Shown in pieces: positions 37,393 to 47,085 of a stretch of DNA of 64,000 bases. The stretch is from an uncultured Chloroflexia bacterium (GTDB taxonomy: Bacteria > Chloroflexota > Anaerolineae > CG2-30-64-16), in assembly GCA_963774265.1 (NCBI GenBank), contig CAVZDU010000005.1:352001-416000 (forward strand), written 5' to 3'. Under the pieces are notes generated by a model. The model saw only the letters and a program-made list of their open reading frames with translations. It had not been told where the DNA came from and did not search any database. How positions within the stretch are numbered: the stretch's first letter is position 1; the number at the start of each line of letters is the position of its first letter. The translations under genes and the position numbers were made by a program.

Positions 37393-39612
37393 ATGTGTCA
37401 GGAAGATCACATCATCCGCAGCAGAAATCGGTCAGCCAAAGGCGCCTTTGCGTTTCGCCCGACGGCCGCACGCATGAGACGCGCTGGCTTCGTACGGACA
37501 TGCCTGCTGCTGACGCTGCTCGCCGCCTGTCTGCCGGCATCGCTGGCAGGAGCGCAAGCCCTCGAAGGAAACGCGGCCGAAACGGCAGCTTCGCCAGAGG
37601 CCGCCATCTGGAGTCTCTATCCGATCTATGGCGGCAACATGGAGGCACTGGTCAGCGATCCCAACAACTCCCAGGTGTTCTACGCCGGCACCGAAAGCGC
37701 AGGTGTGTTCAAGGCCACCGATGCAGGCTCGACCTGGCAGCCGGCGCGCAGCGGCCTTCCCCCCACTGCAAAGGTGATCAGCCTGGCGGTGGACCCGCAA
37801 AATTCGAACTCCCTGTACGCGGGCACGGACGAGGTGGGCATCATCTGGAAATCGCAGGACGCGGGCGCAACGTGGACGAACATCACCCATAACATGGAGA
37901 CTGGCACGTTCGCCGACGCGTATTTGCCGTACAACATCGTCGTCGATCCGAACAACAGCAACACCGTTTACGTGGGCCTGGGAGGCTACGCCGGGCAGAT
38001 CTACAAGACGACCGACGGCGGCGCCATCTGGTGGGTGATGGACAACGGCATCCCCCGGGACGATGACACGTACACCGACGAGATCACGGCGTTAGCCATC
38101 GATCCCACTCAGTCCTCCGTATTGTACGCGGGGGTGCGCAAGGACGGCGTTTACAAGACCATCGACGGCGGTGCAAACTGGACGCCCCTGAACGAGGGCG
38201 TGCCATTTTACAGAGATGAATACAAAGAGGTGACCGCGCTTGCGGTCGACCACCTGCACGACAACCGGCCCGCAGGCATCATTGACGGCAAGTACTATGT
38301 CTTCGGGACCGACAACAAGTGGTCCCTGGTCAGCACGGGCTACGGGATCAACAGCAGCTGGGAGCACGCGCATCTGGTCTTCCATCCCACCGACACCAAC
38401 ATCATCTACAGTGCGGGAGATCAGCTGACCAAGAGCAGCGATGGCGGGATAACCTGGGTGTCAATCTCCGGTGATTCTTACAGCTGGGGGCATCCCGACA
38501 TGGCCTTTCACCGGTCGGCTCCGAACGCGCTCCTGGCCGCCAACCAGGTGACCTATGGCGACAGAGCGGCCGGCGTGCGGAAGTCGCTGAACGGCGGCGT
38601 CAACTGGATCGATGCCTCGTCGGGCATTGCCGCCCACCCGATCCAGGGCGTCGCAATTGATCCACAGAACGCGAACAACCTTTACGCCGGACGCTCGGAG
38701 GGGTATTCGGGCGTCTGGCGGAGCACCAATCGCGGCGTCACCTGGGACTACACCGCGACCGACGGCCAGATCCAGGATATTGTCGTGGATCCGCTCGATT
38801 CCATGAAGGTCTATGCCGCCGCCGATTATTACTTCATGGTTTCCAACGACCAGGGTGTCAGCTTCACGGTCATTGAAGATGTCAACGCAACCTGCCTGGC
38901 CGTCACGCCTGGCGCCTCGAACCCCGTGTATGCAGGCGGCCGCGATGGTGTATACAAAAGCATCGACGGCGGCCTGACATGGGTGCCTAAGGACAGCACC
39001 TTCCCAACCAACAGTAGTGGCGACCCAGCGCAGGTCATGAGCCTGGCCGTGGACCCCAACAACACGGCCATCGTCTGGGCGGGGACTGCCGTGGAAGGCC
39101 TGGTGCGGTCGCCGGACGGCGGTGAAAGCTGGCAGTATAAGGGCTTCCTCGACATGCCTGACGTCGACGCGGTGGCCGTCAGGCCCGGAGACAGCAATAC
39201 GATCCTGGTGGGAACCGGAGACTACCGCGGGTCGGGCGGCAGGACCGGCGGGATCTATAAGTCCACCGACGGCGGGCAGACGTGGCAGCCGAAGCAGCTC
39301 GGTGCGAGCACCATCACGGACTTTGTATTCGATCCCAGGAATCCCGACTGGGTCTACGCCGGTACGGGCTACGTGCCGAGTTACGGACCCGGGGGCACGG
39401 AGGGGATCGGGGTGCTGCGCTCCGTCGACGGCGGCGAGCATTGGTCCGTCTACAGCTCCGGGCTGTTCAACCAGGTGGTTTTCTCGCTGGCAATCAGCTC
39501 TGAGGAATCGCCTTTGCTCCTGGCCGGCACGATGGGATCGGGGTTGTACGGCACACAACCCTCACAGCCTCCGCCTATGCGGCGGTTCTACGTGCCGCTG
39601 ATTGCGAAGTAG
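37393..39612 (+). CDS. Secreted Asp-box/BNR repeat (sialidase/VPS10-like) beta-propeller protein
   Basis: Repeated (K/R)S/TxDGGxTW Asp-boxes; signal-like MRRAGFVRTCLLLTLLAAC (alternative start 37474); ends RFYVPLIAK. Confidence 0.85.
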   Translation: MCQEDHIIRSRNRSAKGAFAFRPTAARMRRAGFVRTCLLLTLLAACLPASLAGAQALEGNAAETAASPEAAIWSLYPIYGGNMEALVSDPNNSQVFYAGTESAGVFKATDAGSTWQPARSGLPPTAKVISLAVDPQNSNSLYAGTDEVGIIWKSQDAGATWTNITHNMETGTFADAYLPYNIVVDPNNSNTVYVGLGGYAGQIYKTTDGGAIWWVMDNGIPRDDDTYTDEITALAIDPTQSSVLYAGVRKDGVYKTIDGGANWTPLNEGVPFYRDEYKEVTALAVDHLHDNRPAGIIDGKYYVFGTDNKWSLVSTGYGINSSWEHAHLVFHPTDTNIIYSAGDQLTKSSDGGITWVSISGDSYSWGHPDMAFHRSAPNALLAANQVTYGDRAAGVRKSLNGGVNWIDASSGIAAHPIQGVAIDPQNANNLYAGRSEGYSGVWRSTNRGVTWDYTATDGQIQDIVVDPLDSMKVYAAADYYFMVSNDQGVSFTVIEDVNATCLAVTPGASNPVYAGGRDGVYKSIDGGLTWVPKDSTFPTNSSGDPAQVMSLAVDPNNTAIVWAGTAVEGLVRSPDGGESWQYKGFLDMPDVDAVAVRPGDSNTILVGTGDYRGSGGRTGGIYKSTDGGQTWQPKQLGASTITDFVFDPRNPDWVYAGTGYVPSYGPGGTEGIGVLRSVDGGEHWSVYSSGLFNQVVFSLAISSEESPLLLAGTMGSGLYGTQPSQPPPMRRFYVPLIAK

Positions 39613-39624
39613 TAGAAGGCGCGG

Positions 39625-39650
39625 AGGGCAGGCCAGACATGGCCTGCCCT
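39625..39650. repeat. REP-like hairpin between convergent genes
   Basis: AGGGCAGGCCA-GACA-TGGCCTGCCCT. Confidence 0.55.
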
Positions 39651-39688
39651 GCTTCCTCGTTGCCAGGGGATTTGGACCCTTGCACTAC

Positions 39689-40687
39689 CTAGAATCGCGC
39701 CAGGTCGAGCGCCTCCCGGTAGATCTTCTCCGCGTTCGGCCGGTACGCGTCCTCGAGTGGAGGGCTGAAGGGGACCGGGGTGTCGAGCCCGCCGAGGCGG
39801 CGCACCGGGCCGTCCAGGTAGCGAAACGCGCGGTCGGAGATGAGGGCCGCAATCTCGGCGCCCAGGCCGGCAAGCCGGTTCGCGGAGTGGACGACCAGCA
39901 CCTTGCCGGTCTTGCTTGCACTTTCGAGGATCGCACCCTCGTCGAGCGGCTTGAGCGTCCGCAGGTCCAACACGTCGCATTCAACGCCGTCGGCCGCGAG
40001 CCGCTCGGCGGCCGCCAAGGCCTGGTGTACCTGTGCGCCGTAGGTGATGATGGACAGGTCGGCACCCGCGCGGGCGAGGCGCGCCACCCCGATCGGGACG
40101 ACGTATTCCCCGGACGGCACAGGACCGGTCAGCGAGCGGTACAAGGGTTTGCTCTCGAAGTAGATCACGGGGTTGTTATCGCGGATCGCGGCGGAGAGCA
40201 AGCCCTTCGCATCCGCGGGCGTGGCGGGCGCGACGACCTTGAGCCCGGGCGTGTGCACGAACCACGCTTCGGGGTTCTGGCTGTGGAACGGGCCGGAATG
40301 CAGCCCGCCGTCGGAAGGCGCTCGGATCACCAGGGGGACGGCCGCGCCCCAGCGATAATGCGAGGTCGCCGCGAGCTGCACGATGCTGTCGAACGCGGTG
40401 CTGATGAAGTCCGCGAACTGCATCTCCACCACGGGCCGCAGCCCCATGAATGCCATGCCCACGGCCATGCCGGTGAATCCCAATTCGGCGAGCGGCGTGT
40501 TCATCACCCGCTTGGGGCCAAATTCCGCGGCGAGCCCTTTGGTGGCCTTGAACGCGCCGCCGAAGTCACCACCCACGTCCTCGCCCATGACGAGCACGTC
40601 CGCGTCGCGGCGCATCTCCTCTGCCAGCGCTTCGGTGATCGCGGCCAGGTAGGTGAGCGTGCGTTCCTCGCTTGTGCCGGCGCTCAA
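39689..40687 (-). CDS. 2-oxoacid dehydrogenase E1 beta subunit
   Basis: GEDVG..GGAFKAT.GL, NTPLAE, EMQFADF, PFHSQNPE, DLRTLKPLD. Confidence 0.95.
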   Translation of the reverse strand: MSAGTSEERTLTYLAAITEALAEEMRRDADVLVMGEDVGGDFGGAFKATKGLAAEFGPKRVMNTPLAELGFTGMAVGMAFMGLRPVVEMQFADFISTAFDSIVQLAATSHYRWGAAVPLVIRAPSDGGLHSGPFHSQNPEAWFVHTPGLKVVAPATPADAKGLLSAAIRDNNPVIYFESKPLYRSLTGPVPSGEYVVPIGVARLARAGADLSIITYGAQVHQALAAAERLAADGVECDVLDLRTLKPLDEGAILESASKTGKVLVVHSANRLAGLGAEIAALISDRAFRYLDGPVRRLGGLDTPVPFSPPLEDAYRPNAEKIYREALDLARF

Positions 40688-41721
40688 CGCTGCACCTCCG
40701 GACGCAGGTTACGGGTTGCAGGTTGCGGGTTTTTCCCCGCGCCCGGCGACTCAGCATAGACGCCCTCCGTCACCGTCTCTGGGCGAGGCAGGGGGCTGGC
40801 TTCCGCGAACGTCACCGCGTCCGTCACTTCCACCTGGCAGCGGCCTTCGATCTCGTCCAGTTCCACCGGATCCGTGACGCCTTCCTGCACCAGCCGCGCG
40901 GCATAGCCGATTACGGGGTCGCGCGCCTCCCACTCAGCCAACAGCCCCGCGGGCACGTATTCCGCGCCGTCGTGGATGGCGTGGCCGAGCATGCGCATCG
41001 TCTTCGCCTCGATGAGGGTCGGTCCGCCGCCCCGGCGCGCTCTTTCGATGGCTTCAGCGGCCACATTGTAGACCGCCTCCACGTCGTTGCCGTCCACGGA
41101 CAGCCCCGGGATGCCGTAGCCCCCGGCGCGTTGCGCGATCTCGGTCACCTTCATCGTGTCGTGCGTGGGGGTGGAGTAGGCGTACTGGTTGTTTTCGACC
41201 ACTACCACCAGCGGCGCGTTGTAGAGGCTGGCCATGTTCAGCGTCTCGTGAAACAACCCGGCATTGCTCGCGCCATCGCCGGTGAAGGCGACCGCGACGC
41301 GCGGTTCGTCACGATAACGAAAAGACATCGCCGCACCGAGCCCCACGGGCAGCGACTGGGGCAGGTGGCTGATGAAGCTGAAGATGCCGAGATCCAGGTC
41401 ACCGACGCCGTGCAGGTTCACGTCGCGGCCGCCGGTCGGCCCCGTCTCGCGGCCCAGCAGGTTGGCGAACATGCGCCGCGGGGTGATGCCGCGCAGTAGA
41501 AACGTGCCCAGGTCGCGGTGCATGGGAGCGACCACGTCGTCGGGGCCGAGCGCGTAGCCGACGCCCACGCTGGTCGCCTCATGGCCGCGCTGGGAGAAGG
41601 TGCCGCCCACCCCGCGGCCCTGTTTCCAGAGCGCCACCATGCGCTCGTCGAAGGTGCGCGTCAGGCGCATCCAATAGTAGAGTTCGAGCTTCTGTTGCGA
41701 TTCAAGTTTGGCTGGATTCAT
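40684..41721 (-). CDS. 2-oxoacid dehydrogenase E1 alpha subunit (TPP-binding)
   Basis: GHEA, HRD, GDGAS..ENNQYAYST, VDGND. Confidence 0.95.
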   Translation of the reverse strand: MNPAKLESQQKLELYYWMRLTRTFDERMVALWKQGRGVGGTFSQRGHEATSVGVGYALGPDDVVAPMHRDLGTFLLRGITPRRMFANLLGRETGPTGGRDVNLHGVGDLDLGIFSFISHLPQSLPVGLGAAMSFRYRDEPRVAVAFTGDGASNAGLFHETLNMASLYNAPLVVVVENNQYAYSTPTHDTMKVTEIAQRAGGYGIPGLSVDGNDVEAVYNVAAEAIERARRGGGPTLIEAKTMRMLGHAIHDGAEYVPAGLLAEWEARDPVIGYAARLVQEGVTDPVELDEIEGRCQVEVTDAVTFAEASPLPRPETVTEGVYAESPGAGKNPQPATRNLRPEVQR

Positions 41722-41794
41722 ATGGCCGGATTATAAACCGCAGCGCGCCTACGACAAACTGCCGGAATTTTCCAAACGAGTTTTCGCAAAAGAC

Positions 41795-41840
41795 TTGACA
41801 AGATTGAACAAACATGATATATATGTATACAGTTTGTATA
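41795..41840 (+). promoter_or_regulatory. Sigma70 promoter with a downstream palindromic operator candidate for the ABC exporter
   Basis: TTGACA-17-TATATA; TATACA-GTT-TGTATA at 41826-41840. Confidence 0.55.
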
Positions 41841-41863
41841 AGTAAGCGAAGCGTGGAGGATAT

Positions 41864-43027
41864 ATGGCGTTTTACCTTGCCATCAAGGAAATCTGGCGGA
41901 CACGGGGCCGCTTTCTCCTGTTCAGCGGCGTGATCGCGCTGATCACGATGCTGGTGCTGTTTGTGGCCGCGCTGGCCGAAGGGCTCGGCTCCGGCAACCG
42001 GCAGTATATCGAGAAGTTGAACGCAGACCTGGTCGTCTATCAGGACAAGCTGGACCTTTCTGCGTCGGCCTCGCGCATCAACGTGTCCGGGATGAACAAA
42101 ATTCGCCGGGTGGATGGCGTGAGAGCGGTCGGGCCGATCGGCGCGGCAAGTGTGGCGCTCGTCAGCCCCCTGAAGGAGGGCGCCGACCCGCTCAATGTCG
42201 CGTTGATCGGTGTGGAGCCGGGGCTGCCGGGCGAGCCGCCCGCGTTCGAGGGCCGCCAACTCGGCGGCCGCCAGAGTCGCGAGGCAGTGCTGGATCGCAA
42301 TGTAGCGCTCCGCACGGGTCTGCAGGTGGGCGATGTGCTCACCATTAAGTCCATCCAGGACACCCGGGAGCAATTCTACGAGCTGCGTGTGGTGGGGATC
42401 AGCGACGGGCGGCAGTATTCGCTGCAGCCGTCCATCGTCGTGCCCTTCCGGACGTGGGATGAATTGCGGCCGCAGGCGGTGATCGGTGGCACGCCGGGCG
42501 CCGAGCTGGTGGCCAACATCGTGGCGGTCCAGCTTGACAACCCGGCCGACCGGGAAGCCATGGCGCAGCGCATCGACGATGAGGTGCGCAACGTGGAGGC
42601 GGTGGACACCGTTACTGCGTACAAGGCGACGCCAGGTTACAGCGCGCAGCAGAGCACGCTGGACACGCAGCGCTATTTCGCCCTGCTGATCGGCATCCTG
42701 GTCATCGGCGGCTTCTTCCAGATCCTGACCCTGCAGAAGGTGGCCCAGATCGGCATGCTCAAGGCAATCGGCGCACCGAACTCCGTCATCGGCGCCGCGG
42801 CGATCCTGCAGATCATCGCGGTGACGGTCGTCGGCGTTGCGGGGGGTGCGGCCGCGTCACTGGCGCTGTCGCTCGGCTTCCCGCCCCAGGTGCCGATTAT
42901 CTTTTCGCCGTCGGCAGTCGCGGCGGCCATCGGTTCGCTGCTGCTCATCGGGCCGATCGGCGGGCTGGTGTCCGTGCGTTATTCGTTGAAGGTCGAACCC
43001 TTGACCGCGCTGGGGTTGGCGCAGTAG
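41864..43027 (+). CDS. ABC transporter permease (FtsX/MacB-like)
   Basis: N-terminal TM, extracytoplasmic loop, [10 protein letters not shown] and three C-terminal TMs. Confidence 0.9.
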   Translation: MAFYLAIKEIWRTRGRFLLFSGVIALITMLVLFVAALAEGLGSGNRQYIEKLNADLVVYQDKLDLSASASRINVSGMNKIRRVDGVRAVGPIGAASVALVSPLKEGADPLNVALIGVEPGLPGEPPAFEGRQLGGRQSREAVLDRNVALRTGLQVGDVLTIKSIQDTREQFYELRVVGISDGRQYSLQPSIVVPFRTWDELRPQAVIGGTPGAELVANIVAVQLDNPADREAMAQRIDDEVRNVEAVDTVTAYKATPGYSAQQSTLDTQRYFALLIGILVIGGFFQILTLQKVAQIGMLKAIGAPNSVIGAAAILQIIAVTVVGVAGGAAASLALSLGFPPQVPIIFSPSAVAAAIGSLLLIGPIGGLVSVRYSLKVEPLTALGLAQ

Positions 43028-43062
43028 CAGCAGCCGTAGGTGCCCGGCACCTAAGAAAGAGG

Positions 43063-43868
43063 ATGCAGAAGATGGAAATGGCACTCGAGACTCGTAATGT
43101 AACAAAGACCTACGGCACGGGCGCGACCGCGACGAAGGCAGTGGATAACGTATCGGTCAGCGTGCGTGCTGGTGAGTTCGTGGCGCTGGTCGGGCCGAGC
43201 GGCTCAGGCAAGACGACACTGCTGGCCATGCTGGCCGGGCTGCTGCGCCCCACCGACGGCGAGATCATCATCGCCGACGCGGACCTGGGGCGGATGAAGG
43301 ATAATCCTCGCACGGCCTTCCGCCGGGAGAAGATCGGCTTCACTTTCCAGGCCAACAACCTGGTGCCCTACCTGACCGCCTGGAAAACGTCGAGCTGATG
43401 CTGCGGCTGAACGGCCGGCTGAATCGGGAAGGCAAGGCCCGCGCTAAGGACCTGCTCGTCCGGCTGGGGCTGGGCGACCGGTTGAACAACCTGCCGCGGC
43501 AGCTTTCCGGCGGCCAGCAGCAGCGTGTGGCCATCGCCCGTGCGCTGATCCATGAGCCCGCCGTCGTGCTGGCCGACGAGCCGACGGCCAGCCTGGACAC
43601 CGAGCGGGCGTTCCAGGTGGTCGAGACTTTTGCGACGATGATCCGCGAGCAGAACCGCGCGGGCATCATGGTCACGCACGATCTGCGCATGGTGCAGTAC
43701 GTGGACCGGGTGCTCCAGATGCGCGACGGCAAGCTCGCACGCGAGATTACTGACCCGGCCGACATCCTGGCCCTGGCCGATGCGGGCGTCCATGATGCAC
43801 CGGTTGCAGTCACTCTGCCCGAAGCTATGCCGGCTTTCGCACCTGTACCCGTACCTGTCTACGGCTAA
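43063..43868 (+). CDS. ABC transporter ATP-binding protein (LolD-like), one frameshift near 43380
   Basis: [34 protein letters not shown]. Confidence 0.9.
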
Positions 43869-44080
43869 GGAGTTGAAGAGGACGAAGAAGCTGTTTATCG
43901 CACGACCCTCTTAAGTTGCACGTCCTAATCCTTTTGGCGTAGACCTTCCTTCCTACTAATCGAGTATCCAAGACCATAGTCTTTGCGGAGGCGCCCACGA
44001 CTAGGTTGCGCGATACTTGCACCAGCGGCGGATGCTCGAGCCGTGGTAAAACGTCGTCTGGTGACGGAAGAGAAGATGCG

Positions 44081-44758
44081 ATGGCACACGCCGACCTGGA
44101 TGGTTACACGGCAGATAAGGTACTGATCGACCGGGCACGCGGGGGACGGCTTGACGCGTACAACCAGCTCGTCTTGCGGCACCAGGCGCTGGCGTACGGT
44201 GTGGCTCATCGCATGCTGGGCAATGCCGATGCGGCCGCTGATGCGACCCAGGACAGTTTCCTTAAAGCCTACAAGCGGCTCGACCAATATCGCGGCGGCG
44301 GGACATCTTTTCGCGCCTGGTTGATGCGGATCGTGGTCAACACGTGTTACGACATGCTGCGCAGCCAGCGCAGGCACAGCGCACGCGTCGTGAGCATCGA
44401 CCTGGATTGCGGCGACGACGAGTGGAGCAGCAATCTGCAGGATCCCGGTGAGCGGCCGGAGGACTACGTGCTGCGGCGTGAGGTCGCCGAACGTCTTGAG
44501 GCGGCCATCGATTCCCTACCGGTTGACCAGCGCACAGTCCTGATCCTCAGCGATGTCGAAGGTCTCCCGCATAACGAGATCGCGGACATCATCCGGACGC
44601 CCGTCGGCACTGTGAAGTCGCGGCTGTCGCGAGCCCGGGCCCGCGTCCGCCACATCATCCAGGCCAGGCAGCCCGGGCTGGCCCCGGGTAGCTCCACCTC
44701 AGCGCCGCGCTTCGCGTCCGCCCCCCGGAGCTTGGACTCGCAGGATCGGTTACGCTAA
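44081..44758 (+). CDS. ECF sigma-70 factor (SigW/RpoE-like)
   Basis: AADATQDSFLKAY, FRAWLMRIVVN, EIADII.TPVGTVKSRLSRAR. Confidence 0.92.
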   Translation: MAHADLDGYTADKVLIDRARGGRLDAYNQLVLRHQALAYGVAHRMLGNADAAADATQDSFLKAYKRLDQYRGGGTSFRAWLMRIVVNTCYDMLRSQRRHSARVVSIDLDCGDDEWSSNLQDPGERPEDYVLRREVAERLEAAIDSLPVDQRTVLILSDVEGLPHNEIADIIRTPVGTVKSRLSRARARVRHIIQARQPGLAPGSSTSAPRFASAPRSLDSQDRLR

Positions 44759-45465
44759 GTCCCTGCGTATTGCCTCACGTAAGAATCTTACTTTAGGGTT
44801 ATCGTTGCCTCATAAAGAGATCTTACTTTTACCGCGGCAAAACGTAGCAGCTTGTTAAGGTTAAGGAGGGGTGGGGGGAACCTGGGTTCCCCCCGGCACG
44901 GCTGGCACAGCCGGCGCACAGGCGAGCTGCCAGAGTGCGGCTTGCCGGCGCTGGATTTGGCGCAGCAGTTCGGCTGGGTTGAGCGTGTCGTAGAGTTGGC
45001 GTAAGCGCACTTTGGTGGCGGCATCGATCTCCGGGGCCTCCAGGACCCGCTGGTAGGGTGTCTTGGGTACATCATACCGCTTTTTGACCTGGGCGCCGAG
45101 GCGCTGCTTGTCGACCAGGACCATGACGGGTTGAAAGAAGTTGAGGTACAGGCGCACGACGTGGTACAGAGCCTGCAGTGCGGTGCAGGCGCGGTCACCT
45201 TCGTAGCGCTCGTAGCCGACCAGCTGGCGCACGGCGGTCCAGTTCTTTTGCTCGACATAGGCCTGATCATTTTTCTGGTAGGGTCGGCAACGGGTGAAGG
45301 TGATCTGCTCCTGTTCGCAGAAGTGTTTGAGGTCGTAGTTGATGAATTCGCTGCCGTTATCCGAATCCAGGCCCCGTAAGGGATAGGGCAAGCGAATCTG
45401 ACAGTCGATCAGGGCGGCCAGCACCGTGGCTTGACTGCGGTTGCGTAAGGCCGCTAACTCGACCC

Positions 45466-47085
45466 CAGCAATTCTGAATTTGGCATGGCTCCAAGCCGGT
45501 GAAGTCAAGGTCGGAGGTAGCCGGGGGCTGCCTGCGTGCGGGTGGACAGCCGCGGTGGCAGATTGAGGGCCGGAAAGAGGCGGGTCGGGCGGCCGGGAGT
45601 GGAGCTGGCGGCACTGGGCGCTGGCGCTGGACAGGCGACAGCCTCCGACCGGGGCCGGGATCAATGGGCGGTCAGGCCCATCGGGCATTAGGCTGGGGCT
45701 GGCGGACCCAACTCCAGTTGGCGATACATGAAGCTGAGCAGGTGCTGGAAGCTGCGCCAGTAGAGATAGGTCGTCAAGCCGCGCAGGTCATCGAAGAACT
45801 TGCGGCGGGTGCGCAGCTTCTGGCGGATGGCCTGGTACATCAGGCAGGCCAGGTCCAGCGCCGTGTGGAACAGGAAGGCCAGCAGCAGCAAACTCAAAAG
45901 CACAGCGGCCAGGTGCTGGTCGCCATGTCCGTAGTTGTGCTCGAAATGGTAGCCGCGCTGCTTGAGCACGTTGATGCCTTCGTTTTCGACCTTCCAGCGG
46001 CTCCGCCCATCCTGGGCGACGGCCTCGACTGAAGTTTCGTCCAAAGCGTGGTCGGTGAGCCAGGCGTTGTGATACAGCTGCTCGCCGCTCTCCTGGTTGA
46101 TCAGCCGCAACTCACACCAGTTGACCTTGAGTGCGTCCTGCCCTTCGCGGATCGGCAACTCACTCGCCCAACGATATTGCCAGACCTCATGATGGCGGCC
46201 GTTCCAGCGCCGGATGCGCTTGCTTCCCACTGCCCCCTCGACCCGCTCCAGAAGCTGCAACTCTTCGTACAGCGTCGGGTGCGAGTCGGGTTTGCAGGTG
46301 AGGATGAAGTGCAGGTGGTGATCCAAGAGTAATTGACAGACCGGCTGGTGCGCATGCAGATCGTCGGTCAAGACGGTCGTACTCCAAGGCGCAAAGCGCC
46401 CGGCATGCTGCTTGACCCAGCGCTTGATGGCCCGCTGCTCGCAGTCCTGTTTGTCTGCCCCGTCCTGCGGCGTGATGAACTCCGGCGGCAGACAGACCAC
46501 GTGCGGCTGCGCGGGCGCGCCCACTACTGCAAGCAACACTTGATGCGCATAATAGGTACGTCCGTCGCGTACCGTCACCCGGCAGTTGTCACAGTGCACC
46601 TTCTGGGATGCAAAGGACTGCGTGCCGTCCAGCGACACCAACTGACTACCAGTCGCACCGTGATAGTCCCGCAGCGCCCCACGCCGGGCCAGCAGTTCGT
46701 AGCTCGCCCAAAAGGGTTCGCCCAGCAGGACCGGATCGACTGGATCGAGCAGATTGCGAGTCTGCCCATCGCTGGGAATCTCCGCCACGCCAAACAGGCT
46801 CTTGGCGTTATTGCGCCCGTGGTTCTCCTGCAGGTTCGTTTGGTAGGCCAGAAAGGAGGGCTCCTGCATGAAGAACACCGAGAAAGCCGCTAGCCCGGCA
46901 TCCGCAATCGCATAGTGCCCGTTCTCACCCCGCCGGTGCTCCGGAATCCGTTCCAGGCTGGCCCGCAAAAACCGCAGCAACTCGCTGAACCTTACCTGTT
47001 TCCCACCCATGCCTCGCCCCACCTCACGCCGGATTCGCTGGCTCACCTCCCAGTCTACCACTCCCCGCCATATTTAGAATTGCTG
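45466..47085 (-). mobile_element. 1620-bp insertion sequence (ISNCY, ISMae2-like: CAG ends, 9-bp TSD)
   Basis: TIRs CAGCAATTCTGAATTTGGC / CAGCAATTCTAAATATGGC; TSD ACTCGACCC at 45457-45465 and 47086-47094. Confidence 0.9.
45688..47010 (-). CDS. DDE transposase of the inner IS (appears intact)
   Basis: AFSVFFMQ.PSFLAYQ, SLDGT, KQDCE, TDDL, GRSRWKVENE..LK..GY.FEHNYGHG. Confidence 0.9.
   Translation of the reverse strand: MGGKQVRFSELLRFLRASLERIPEHRRGENGHYAIADAGLAAFSVFFMQEPSFLAYQTNLQENHGRNNAKSLFGVAEIPSDGQTRNLLDPVDPVLLGEPFWASYELLARRGALRDYHGATGSQLVSLDGTQSFASQKVHCDNCRVTVRDGRTYYAHQVLLAVVGAPAQPHVVCLPPEFITPQDGADKQDCEQRAIKRWVKQHAGRFAPWSTTVLTDDLHAHQPVCQLLLDHHLHFILTCKPDSHPTLYEELQLLERVEGAVGSKRIRRWNGRHHEVWQYRWASELPIREGQDALKVNWCELRLINQESGEQLYHNAWLTDHALDETSVEAVAQDGRSRWKVENEGINVLKQRGYHFEHNYGHGDQHLAAVLLSLLLLAFLFHTALDLACLMYQAIRQKLRTRRKFFDDLRGLTTYLYWRSFQHLLSFMYRQLELGPPAPA

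Noticed and set aside
44873-44894. GGGGGGAACC-TG-GGTTCCCCCC hairpin
   Set aside because: It lies at the 3' end of the outer transposase and is adequately explained as an IS-internal hairpin or terminator.
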